Notes under the pieces: generated by a model
What the model was told of the DNA's origin: nothing
The model's database searches: none
What the model saw: the letters and a program-made list of their open reading frames with translations, nothing else
Translations under genes and position numbers: made by a program
DNA from: Pseudomonas mangiferae
GTDB lineage: Bacteria > Pseudomonadota > Gammaproteobacteria > Pseudomonadales > Pseudomonadaceae
Length of the DNA: 24,000 nucleotides
Reading direction: 5' to 3'
Assembly: GCF_007109405.1 (NCBI RefSeq)
Contig: NZ_VJOY01000005.1
Location: 103,921-127,920 of the forward strand
Shown: positions 8,485 through 15,609 of the stretch, in pieces
How positions within the stretch are numbered: the first letter of the stretch is position 1
Layout: the number at the start of each line of letters is the position of its first letter

Positions 8485-8787
8485 TCATGGCCGCCGGCTC
8501 CCGCGAAACAACAGCCAGCCGCTGAGCAGCGCCACCTGCAGCAGCGCCATGCAGAAGCCCAGGAACGACGCCACCGCCGGGTGACGGCGGGCGTGGGCGA
8601 TGCCGGTCAGGCCGTCCCACAGCCCGTCGGGCAGCAGCCACAGCAGCAGGCTCACCAGGGGCCGGCCGCTGTCCAGCCAGGCCTGGATCGCATCGAAGCG
8701 GCCGAGGAACATCAGCAGGGTCAGGGCCGAGACGCCCAGCAGCAGCCCGCCCAGCAGGCACAGGATCACGCGTAGCACGGTATTCAT
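8485..8787 (-). CDS. Small (100 aa) polytopic inner-membrane protein, probably co-transcribed with creD
   Basis: I prefer ATG at 8787, with GGAG 7 nt upstream on the minus strand, over the track's 8823. The product has three hydrophobic helices (VILCLLGGLLLGVSALTLLMFL, LVSLLLWLL, FLGFCMALLQVALLSGWLLF). It starts 41 nt after the creD stop. No family recognised. Confidence 0.6.
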   Translation of the reverse strand: MNTVLRVILCLLGGLLLGVSALTLLMFLGRFDAIQAWLDSGRPLVSLLLWLLPDGLWDGLTGIAHARRHPAVASFLGFCMALLQVALLSGWLLFRGSRRP

Positions 8788-8828
8788 GGGGGGCTCCGGA
8801 GCGCGCGCCCGGGGGCGCGCCATGAGGG

Positions 8829-10166
8829 TCAGTCGGCGGCGCGGACGTTCAGGCCGTACCAGTCCACCCGGCGGGTCAGCGCCATGGTCCCGGCCAGCAG
8901 GCCAAACACCAGCAGCGAGCCCAGCAGAAGGGCGTAGTCCTCGGCCCCTAGCAGGCCGTAGAGCAGCCCGTAGAGGGTCGCCAGGGCCGCGCCGAAGCCC
9001 AGGCCCCGGGTCCGGCCGCGCAGCACGTGGCTAGCGTAGTAGCCGTTGAGCAGTACGCAGGCGCCGGCCGACAGGCCGTAGGCCGGGCCGAACCCCAGGT
9101 GTTCGGACAGCGACAGCAGCAACAGGTAGAACAGCGCCAGGGACAGCCCCGCCAGGGCGTACTGGACCGGGTGCACCGAGCGCCGGCCGATCACCTCGAA
9201 GAGGAAGAACACGGCGAAGGTCAGCAGGATGAACAGCAGCGCGTACTTGATCGCCCGCTCGCTCTTCAGGTAGTGGTCCACCGGGTCGATGAAGGCCACC
9301 CCCAGGGTGCTGGTGGGGAAGCGCTGGCAACTGGCATCCTGGGCGCAGGCGGCTACCGCTTCCTCCTGGTTGGTGGCGAAGAAGCTGGTCTGCCAGCGGG
9401 CGCTGAAGCCGTGGTCGCCGCTTTCCCGCTCGCTGGGCAGGTACTCACCGAAGAAGCTCGGGTGCGGCCAGTCCGAGGCCAGCATGATCCGGCTGTCACG
9501 GCCGATGGGGTTGATGGACAGCTGCTCGCTGCCCTGCAGGTCCAGGTCGAAGGCGAACGCCAGGTCCTGCGGCGTCCCGTCCAGGGCCGGCAGCGGGGCA
9601 TGCACGCCGCTGCCCAGGCGGGCTTCGCCGCTGCCCGGTTCGAAGGCGATGCGCTGACCGTCCAGCTCCAGGCGCAGGTCATTGCGAATGCCGCGGATGT
9701 CGCTGACCCCCAGGGCCAGGAACGGCGCCTCGAAGGCATAGTCGGGGAATTCCGCCTCGCTCAGGCCGAAGCGCTCGGGCACCGCGAACTGCCCACTGAA
9801 GCGGTTGACGCCGTGGTACAGGCGGGCCTGATAGATGCCGCGGTAGCGCGCCTCGGTGGTCAGCCTGCCGTCCACGGCGAAGCGTTCCGGCAGCAGGTAG
9901 AGGCGACCCGCCACCTCCTGCTCCTGGGCGTAGCGGCTGCCGTCCTCGCGGGTGTTCCAGACGGTGAGCCGCTTGCGGTAGGGGACCACCAGCAGCGGGC
10001 CGTTGAGCTGCTGAGCGTAGCTGGAGCTGCGGGCGATGTCCGTCAGCACGCCGTCGCGCAGGCGCTGCCGCTCGGTCACCAGGCCGTCGATCATGGTCAG
10101 CGGAATCATCAGGAGAAGGATGAGCAGGGCGATGGCGCCCGCTTTGAAGCCCAGGGTGCGGATCAT
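8829..10166 (-). CDS. creD: Cell envelope integrity / inner membrane protein CreD
   Basis: The N-terminal TM helix (GAIALLILLLMIPLTMI) precedes the DGLVTERQ motif. A large periplasmic domain and a C-terminal cluster of TM helices follow, as in CreD. It lies immediately downstream of creBC. Confidence 0.9.
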   Translation of the reverse strand: MIRTLGFKAGAIALLILLLMIPLTMIDGLVTERQRLRDGVLTDIARSSSYAQQLNGPLLVVPYRKRLTVWNTREDGSRYAQEQEVAGRLYLLPERFAVDGRLTTEARYRGIYQARLYHGVNRFSGQFAVPERFGLSEAEFPDYAFEAPFLALGVSDIRGIRNDLRLELDGQRIAFEPGSGEARLGSGVHAPLPALDGTPQDLAFAFDLDLQGSEQLSINPIGRDSRIMLASDWPHPSFFGEYLPSERESGDHGFSARWQTSFFATNQEEAVAACAQDASCQRFPTSTLGVAFIDPVDHYLKSERAIKYALLFILLTFAVFFLFEVIGRRSVHPVQYALAGLSLALFYLLLLSLSEHLGFGPAYGLSAGACVLLNGYYASHVLRGRTRGLGFGAALATLYGLLYGLLGAEDYALLLGSLLVFGLLAGTMALTRRVDWYGLNVRAAD

Positions 10167-10235
10167 GGCGGTTCTCGTGCAGGGGATGACGAGCCGCAGT
10201 CTGGGCGGGCAACGGGGAGCCGGTATGGAGGGCCG

Positions 10236-10253
10236 GTGGAGACTTCGTGGAGA
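10236..10253 (-). promoter_or_regulatory. cre-tag-like direct repeat (putative CreB binding site) upstream of creD
   Basis: The minus strand reads TCTCCAC-GAAG-TCTCCAC, a heptamer repeated with an 11-nt period. Its core TCCAC-N6-TCCAC matches the E. coli cre tag TTCAC-N6-TTCAC at 4/5 positions in each half. It lies in the 100-nt creC-creD spacer, about 70-87 nt upstream of the creD ATG. Confidence 0.45.
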
Positions 10254-10266
10254 ATGTGTGGCGCCG

Positions 10267-11691
10267 TCAGTCCAGCGGCAGCCGCAGGCTCGCCTCCACG
10301 CCGTCGTCGCGGTTAGCCACCTGCAGGCTGCCGCCGTGGAGCTGCGCCACTTCCTGGACGAAATTCAGCCCCAGCCCGGTGCTCTTGCGGCCACTGGCCG
10401 GGCGCGGCAGGGAATAGAAGCGCTCGGTGAGGCGCGGCAGCGCGTAGTCCGGCACCGGCGGCCCCTGATTGAACACGCCGATACGCGCCGCGCGGCCCTC
10501 GGCCCGGGCGCTGAGCACCAGGGCGGCGCCCGCCGGGGCGAAGTCCAGGGCGTTCTCCAGCAGGTTGGCCAGGGCCTGGCGCAGCAGGAAGCGCTCGCCG
10601 CGCACCCGCAGGTCGCCGTCCACGTCCAGCCGCGCCACCAGTCCGTTCCGTTGGAGGCGGGCGGCCTGGGCCTGCAGCAGCTCCTCCAGCAGCGGCGCCA
10701 CGGGGATCGGCACCCGTTCCTCCAGGCCCTGGCGCTGCTCCACCTGGGCCAGGTTCAGCAGCCGCTCGATCAGGTGCTGCAGGCGCGTGCTCTCGCGGTC
10801 GATGTGGGCCACGAAGCGCTGCCGCTGCGCCGCGGGCATTTCCCCCTCCAGCAGCTCGGCGGCGCCGCGGATCGCCGCCAGCGGGCTCTTCAGCTCATGG
10901 GTGAGGGTGTGCACGTAGCGCTCCACGTAGGCCTTGCCCTCCAGCTCGACGCGCATCCGCTCCACCGCCTCGGCCAGGTGCCCCAGCTCGCCGCCGCGCA
11001 GCCGCGGCACCTCGGCGCGCTCGCCAGCGCTCACCGCTTGGGCGTAGCGGGTCAGCCGCCGCAGGGAGCCGCTGAGCCACCAGGACAGCAGGCCTCCCAC
11101 CAGCAGACCGAGGCCGATCAGCCCGCCGCCGAGCCAGGCGAGGCGCCGCTGGGAGCGCTCGATGTAGGGCAGCAGGGTGCGGTTCGGCTTGGCCACCGAG
11201 ACCACCCCGATGATCCGTTCGCCCTCGCGGATCGGTGCCGCCACGTACATCACCGAGGACTCCGGGTCGCCGTCCACCTCCCGGGTGGAACGCGCGCCGT
11301 AGCGGCCCTGGAGGGTCAGGTAGACGTCGTTCCAGCGGGAGTAGTCCTGGCCCACCGCCTCCCCCGCCGAATCCAGCAGCACCACGCCGCGGGCGTCGGT
11401 GACGTAGATACGGTGGTTCACCGCCTGCTTGCGCACGCCCCAGATGTCGGCCTGGGGCTGGCGCTGGCCGTAGGCCCGCAGCAGGTCCGGCAGCCGGCCC
11501 TGGGCCAGGGTGCCGCGCTTCACGTCGTCCCGCAGCAGTTCCGCCAGCAGGTTGGCGGTGTCCACCAGGGTCTCCTCGGTGGACTGGCGCACCCCCGGAC
11601 GGATCTCGTCCATCACCGTGCCCAGGACGAACCAGCCGGCCAGGCCGACGAACAGGAAGTAGGCCAGGAAGATGCGGATTCCCAGGGGCAC
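10267..11691 (-). CDS. creC: Two-component sensor histidine kinase CreC
   Basis: The start is GTG (cac at 11689-11691), 3 nt after the creB stop. The N-terminus PLGIRIFLAYFLFVGLAGWFVL is followed by a periplasmic domain and a second TM/HAMP region. The H-box is LTHELKSPLAAIRG, and the ATPase motifs are NLLENALDF and GLGLNFV. Confidence 0.9.
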   Translation of the reverse strand: MPLGIRIFLAYFLFVGLAGWFVLGTVMDEIRPGVRQSTEETLVDTANLLAELLRDDVKRGTLAQGRLPDLLRAYGQRQPQADIWGVRKQAVNHRIYVTDARGVVLLDSAGEAVGQDYSRWNDVYLTLQGRYGARSTREVDGDPESSVMYVAAPIREGERIIGVVSVAKPNRTLLPYIERSQRRLAWLGGGLIGLGLLVGGLLSWWLSGSLRRLTRYAQAVSAGERAEVPRLRGGELGHLAEAVERMRVELEGKAYVERYVHTLTHELKSPLAAIRGAAELLEGEMPAAQRQRFVAHIDRESTRLQHLIERLLNLAQVEQRQGLEERVPIPVAPLLEELLQAQAARLQRNGLVARLDVDGDLRVRGERFLLRQALANLLENALDFAPAGAALVLSARAEGRAARIGVFNQGPPVPDYALPRLTERFYSLPRPASGRKSTGLGLNFVQEVAQLHGGSLQVANRDDGVEASLRLPLD

Positions 11692-11694
11692 CCG

Positions 11695-12396
11695 TCAGCG
11701 CTCCGGGTCGTAGCTGTAGCCCAGCCCGCGGTGGGTCTGGATCGGCTCGGCGGCGGGGTCCACCTGCCGCAGCTTGGCGCGCAGGCTCTTGATGTGGCTG
11801 TCCACCGTGCGCTCGTAGCCGGCGTCCGCCGCCACCCCCAGGGCGTCCAGCAGGCGCTCCCGGGCGAACACCCGCTGGGGCTGGCCGAGCAGGGTCTGCA
11901 GCAGGCGGAATTCGTGGCGGGTGAGGGCCAGGAGCTGGCCCCGGTAATGGATGCGGTGGCGCTCCAGGTCCACCTGGAACGCCGCGTTCGCCGGCGCGTC
12001 GATGCCGGACGCTTCCCGCGGTGACAGTTCCCGCGGCGCCAGGCGGCGCAGGATGGCCTTGGCGCGGGCCGCCACTTCCCGCGGGCTGAAGGGCTTGACC
12101 ACGTAGTCGTCGGCGCCGATCTCCAGGCCCACCACCCGGTCCACCTCGGCGTCCCGGGCGGTGAGGAAGATCACCGGCACCTCGGAGAACCGCCGCAGCT
12201 GGCGGCAGGCCTCGAAGCCGCTGATGTCCGGCAGGCCCACGTCGAGGATCAGCAGGTCGAATGGCGCCTGGCGCACCCGCTCCAGGGCCTCGCCGGCGAG
12301 GCTCAGCCAGGTGGTGGCGAAGCCCTCGGCCTGCAGCGCGTAGACCAGGGTATCGGCGATGGCGGCTTCGTCTTCGACGATCAGGATGTGCGGCAT
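11695..12396 (-). CDS. creB: OmpR-family response regulator CreB
   Basis: The receiver domain is clear (ILIVEDE...DLLILDVGLPDISGFE...IFLTARD...GADDYVVKPFSPRE). A winged-helix DNA-binding domain follows (LTRHEFRLLQTLL...VDSHIKSLRAKL...IQTHRGLGY). The creBCD gene order supports the call. Confidence 0.9.
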   Translation of the reverse strand: MPHILIVEDEAAIADTLVYALQAEGFATTWLSLAGEALERVRQAPFDLLILDVGLPDISGFEACRQLRRFSEVPVIFLTARDAEVDRVVGLEIGADDYVVKPFSPREVAARAKAILRRLAPRELSPREASGIDAPANAAFQVDLERHRIHYRGQLLALTRHEFRLLQTLLGQPQRVFARERLLDALGVAADAGYERTVDSHIKSLRAKLRQVDPAAEPIQTHRGLGYSYDPER

Positions 12397-12501
12397 GGCG
12401 GGCCCCTGCGCAGCGGAAGGAGCCGCCCGCCGGCGCCTGGGCGCGCCCGCGGACGGTGGCGCCGCACGGTGCCGCAGCGGCGCGCCGGCGTCAACCGGGG
12501 C

Positions 12502-13017
12502 TCAGCAGCCCGGCTTGCCGGCGGTGTACTTGCGTGCCGGGTCCACCGCCGCGTCGAGGCGGCGCAGGGCGCGGGCGCCCACCAGCAGCGGGTAATTGAA
12601 CGCGGTGCGGTCGGTGAGGTTGACCTCGACGCTGCGGCGCACCTCGCCCAGGCACATTTCCAGCTCGATCACCGGGCGCTTGGCCACCTCGGTGGCGCCG
12701 CTCTCCTCCTCTTCCTCGCCGGCCTCGTCGGCGCGGTTCTTGATCTTGCTCATGCGCGCCAGGCGGTGCTCGTAGACGGTGTCGTCGGCACCCTTGGCGG
12801 CCAGGCGGAAGCGCACCCAGTCGTCGCCGTCGCGCTGGAAGCGCTCGATGTCCTTGGCCGACAGGGAGGCGGTGAGGGCGCCGGTATCCAGCTTGGCCTT
12901 GAGGGTCTGGCCGATCTCCGGCAGGCGGACGTTTTCGTAACGACCGTAGAGGGTCGGTTGTTCGGCGGCGAAGACCGGCAGCGCGGCCAGCCCGAGCAGG
13001 ACGAGGAAGCGTTTCAA
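12502..13017 (-). CDS. Exported retropepsin-like peptidase of the RimB / 'ATP-dependent zinc protease' family
   Basis: The start is TTG (caa at 13015-13017), with GGGAG 8 nt upstream. The signal peptide is MKRFLVLLGLAALPVFA/AE. The aspartic-protease motif KLDTGALTASL is present, together with the family-typical WVRF and LTDRTAFNYPLLVGARAL...VDP segments. It contains an acidic insert, RADEAGEEEEESGATE. Confidence 0.7.
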   Translation of the reverse strand: MKRFLVLLGLAALPVFAAEQPTLYGRYENVRLPEIGQTLKAKLDTGALTASLSAKDIERFQRDGDDWVRFRLAAKGADDTVYEHRLARMSKIKNRADEAGEEEEESGATEVAKRPVIELEMCLGEVRRSVEVNLTDRTAFNYPLLVGARALRRLDAAVDPARKYTAGKPGC

Positions 13018-13113
13018 ACCATGGACTCCCGGGTGCAGAAGCGGATGGAGCCAGGCGGTCGCCCGGCACTGGCCGATAGACTCGCGGCGCCGGGGTTTCG
13101 TTCTGCGCCGGGC

Positions 13114-14361
13114 TCAACCGAAAGCGGAGCCCGCGCGCCGCTCGCGGCCCAGCCAGAGCGCGTCCAGGTCATGGAAGCCCCAGGCCTCGGGGACTTCGCG
13201 GCCGACGATGCGATCGTTCCCGGGCGGTCGCGCCAGGTCCACCACCTGCTGCGGGATCGGCATCCGCGAGCGGGTCGAGAAGAATACCTTCACCCGCGGC
13301 GTCAACAGCGAGCGCTCGTACTGCTCCAGCACCACCCCGAGCCGGCCGCTCTCCAGGCGCACCAGGGACCCGGTGGGGTAGATGCCCACGGTCTTGACGA
13401 AGGCCTGGAACACCGCCTCGTCGAAGTGCCCCTTGCACCATTCGGCCATCTTGCGGATCGCCTCGGCCGGGTTCCAGCCCTGCTTGTAGGGGCGGTCCGA
13501 GGTGATGGCGTCGTAGACGTCGCAGACCGCGCCCATGCGGGCGAACAGGCTGATCTGCTCGCCTTCCAGGCTGTGGGGGTAGCCGCTGCCGTCCACCTTC
13601 TCGTGGTGGTGCAGGCAGACGTCCAGCACCAGGGCGCTGACCTGCTTGCTCTCCAGCAGGATGCGGGCACCGGCCTGGGGGTGGCCGCGCACGGTGGAGA
13701 ATTCGCTGTCGCTGAGCTTGCCGGGCTTGTTCAGCACGTCCTGGGGCACCGCCATCTTGCCGATGTCGTGGAGCAGCCCCGCGACCCCCGCCTCGCGCAC
13801 CAGCCCCTCGGGCAATTGCAGCTGGCGGGCCAGGGCGATCATCAGGGCGCAGACCGCCACCGAGTGCATGTAGGTGTATTCGTCGGAGGTCTTCAGCCGC
13901 GCCAGGCTGATCAGCGCGTTGGGGTGGCGCAGCACCGAGGCGGAGATGTCCTCCACCAGCTCGCCGACGTGGCCGGTGTCCACCGCCAGGCCCATGCGCG
14001 CGTCGCTGAACATCGCCACCACCGCCGCCTTGGCCTCGCTGCACAGCTTGAGCGCGCGGCCCACTTCTTCGTCCAGGGACACCGGCCGCACCACCCGCGG
14101 CGTCTCCACCGCCAGCAGCCGCGCCTCGGCCTCGGCCTGCACCTCGGCGACGCTCTGGCTGGCCTGGCCCGGGTCCACGTCGCGACCCTTGCCGATGTCG
14201 ATCCAGACCTCGCGCACACCGCTGTCCTGCAGGCGCTGCAGGTCCTTCGGCGAGGTGAGCTGGAAGCGGGTCTTCCAGAACGGATGCTCCATCCACGAGC
14301 CGCACAGTTCATGGATGTGCATGCCCAGGCGCAGATCGGTGACAGCGATGCGTTTCAGCAT
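13114..14361 (-). CDS. HD-GYP domain c-di-GMP phosphodiesterase with N-terminal DUF3391-like domain
   Basis: The HD motif (GLLHDIGK) and the HHHEKVDGSGYPHSL (GYP) motif are both present. The N-terminus MLKRIAVTDLRLGMHIHEL is typical of the DUF3391 leader. I prefer ATG 14361, with ATG 14373 as an alternative. The track's extension to 14736 overlaps the divergent gene's region. Confidence 0.85.
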   Translation of the reverse strand: MLKRIAVTDLRLGMHIHELCGSWMEHPFWKTRFQLTSPKDLQRLQDSGVREVWIDIGKGRDVDPGQASQSVAEVQAEAEARLLAVETPRVVRPVSLDEEVGRALKLCSEAKAAVVAMFSDARMGLAVDTGHVGELVEDISASVLRHPNALISLARLKTSDEYTYMHSVAVCALMIALARQLQLPEGLVREAGVAGLLHDIGKMAVPQDVLNKPGKLSDSEFSTVRGHPQAGARILLESKQVSALVLDVCLHHHEKVDGSGYPHSLEGEQISLFARMGAVCDVYDAITSDRPYKQGWNPAEAIRKMAEWCKGHFDEAVFQAFVKTVGIYPTGSLVRLESGRLGVVLEQYERSLLTPRVKVFFSTRSRMPIPQQVVDLARPPGNDRIVGREVPEAWGFHDLDALWLGRERRAGSAFG

Positions 14362-14518
14362 GGCGGGCCCCATGGCAAAGCGGTCGCCCGGCAGTCGCGG
14401 GCACTCTTCCAGTAAATACGCCGGCCGCGCGCCGGGCAAGGCGGCAGCCGTCGGCTTGGGCACGCCGATGCCGCTGGGTATCATGGACGGCCCTTCGCCA
14501 GCCAAGGAACCGAAAGCC

Positions 14519-15409
14519 ATGCGGGCGCTCCTCACCGGCCTCTGCGCCGTCTTCCTGCTGTTGCTCAACACCCTGGTGCTGATCGGGCCGATGATGCTGG
14601 TCGCCCTGTTCAAGCGGGTGGCGCCGTCACAGGCCCTGCGCGACCGCTGCTCGCGGTGGGTGATGGGCATCGCCGAGACCTGGGCGGAAAACGACAAGCG
14701 CATCTTCGCCGCCCTCACCCCCACGGTATGGGACATCCGCGGCGGCGAGCAGCTGCGCCGCGACAGCTCCTACCTGGTGATCAGCAACCACCAGTCCTGG
14801 GTGGACATCCCGGCCCTGGTGCAGGCCCTCAACCGCCGCGCGCCCTACTTCAAGTTCTTCCTCAAGCAGCAGTTGATCTGGGTGCCGTTCCTCGGCCTGG
14901 CCTTCTGGGCCCTGGAGTACCCCTTCATGAAGCGCTATTCCAAGGCCTACCTGGAGAAGAACCCGCACATGCGCGGCAAGGACCTGGAGATCACCCGGGC
15001 CGCCTGCGAGAAGTTCAAGCGCCTGCCGGTCACCGTGGTCAACTACCTGGAAGGCACCCGCTTCACCCCGGCCAAACAGGCCTACCAGCAGTCTCCCTAC
15101 CGTTACCTGCTAAAGCCCAAGGCCGGCGGCGTGGCCTTCGTGCTGGCGGCCCTGGGCGACCAGTTGGACGCGATCCTCGACGTCACCCTGGTCTACCCGG
15201 GCGAACGGGTGCCGGGGTTCTGGGACCTGCTCTGCGGGCGGGTGCCGCGGGTGATCATGGACATCCGCAGCCTGCCCCTGGACCCGCGCCTGTGGCAGGG
15301 CGATTACCAGGGCGATCCGGTCTTCCGCCAGTACGTGCAGGACTGGGTCACCCAGCTGTGGCAGGAGAAGGACGCGCGGATCGCCGCGCTGCGCGCCGGG
15401 ACGGCCTGA
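14519..15409 (+). CDS. Lysophospholipid (PlsC/YihG-type) acyltransferase
   Basis: The HX4D acyltransferase motif NHQSWVDIP and the YLEGTRFT block are present, with an N-terminal TM helix (LLTGLCAVFLLLLNTLVLIGPMMLV). I prefer ATG 14519, with AAGGA 10 nt upstream. ATG 14483 is an alternative start. The long 5' part of ORF 13874..15409 is antisense to the HD-GYP gene. Confidence 0.8.
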   Translation: MRALLTGLCAVFLLLLNTLVLIGPMMLVALFKRVAPSQALRDRCSRWVMGIAETWAENDKRIFAALTPTVWDIRGGEQLRRDSSYLVISNHQSWVDIPALVQALNRRAPYFKFFLKQQLIWVPFLGLAFWALEYPFMKRYSKAYLEKNPHMRGKDLEITRAACEKFKRLPVTVVNYLEGTRFTPAKQAYQQSPYRYLLKPKAGGVAFVLAALGDQLDAILDVTLVYPGERVPGFWDLLCGRVPRVIMDIRSLPLDPRLWQGDYQGDPVFRQYVQDWVTQLWQEKDARIAALRAGTA

Positions 15410-15527
15410 GCGGCCCCGGCGAAATTTCCGACGAACGCCACCCGCGCCCAGTCCACGGGCCCTCGGGCGCACCGCCCGCGGCCCCGAGAGAGGGTGGCGA
15501 TTGGCCGCGAGCCGACCTTCCGTGTTT

Positions 15528-15549
15528 ATATTGAACGTTCGATCAATAT
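15528..15549. promoter_or_regulatory. Palindromic operator, BetI(TetR-family)-like, upstream of the BCCT transporter
   Basis: ATATTGAACGTTCGATCAATAT has perfect 7-nt arms, ATATTGA / TCAATAT. They flank an 8-nt core that contains the self-complementary GAACGTTC. The site is AT-rich in an otherwise GC-rich spacer, about 60 nt upstream of the ATG. As I recall them, BetI operators share a TTGAACGTTCAA-like core. Confidence 0.45.
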
Positions 15550-15609
15550 TCTGACCAGGAGGTCTGCCTTGCCTATCTTCCGCCCTCTCGCGTCGATGGG
15601 CGCTCGCCG

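Noticed and set aside
10036-12024. 662-aa plus-strand ORF opposite creC/creB, and the similar 675-aa ORF at 12388..14415 opposite the retropepsin and HD-GYP genes
   Set aside because: Both are antisense to genes with unmistakable kinase, receiver, DTGA and HD-GYP motifs. Their translations are low-complexity with no start context.
13874-14518. Long N-terminal extension of the acyltransferase ORF (track 13874..15409)
   Set aside because: It runs antisense through the HD-GYP gene and has Ser/Thr/Arg-rich low-complexity sequence. The acyltransferase homology and TM anchor begin at MRALLTGL (ATG 14519) behind an AAGGA.
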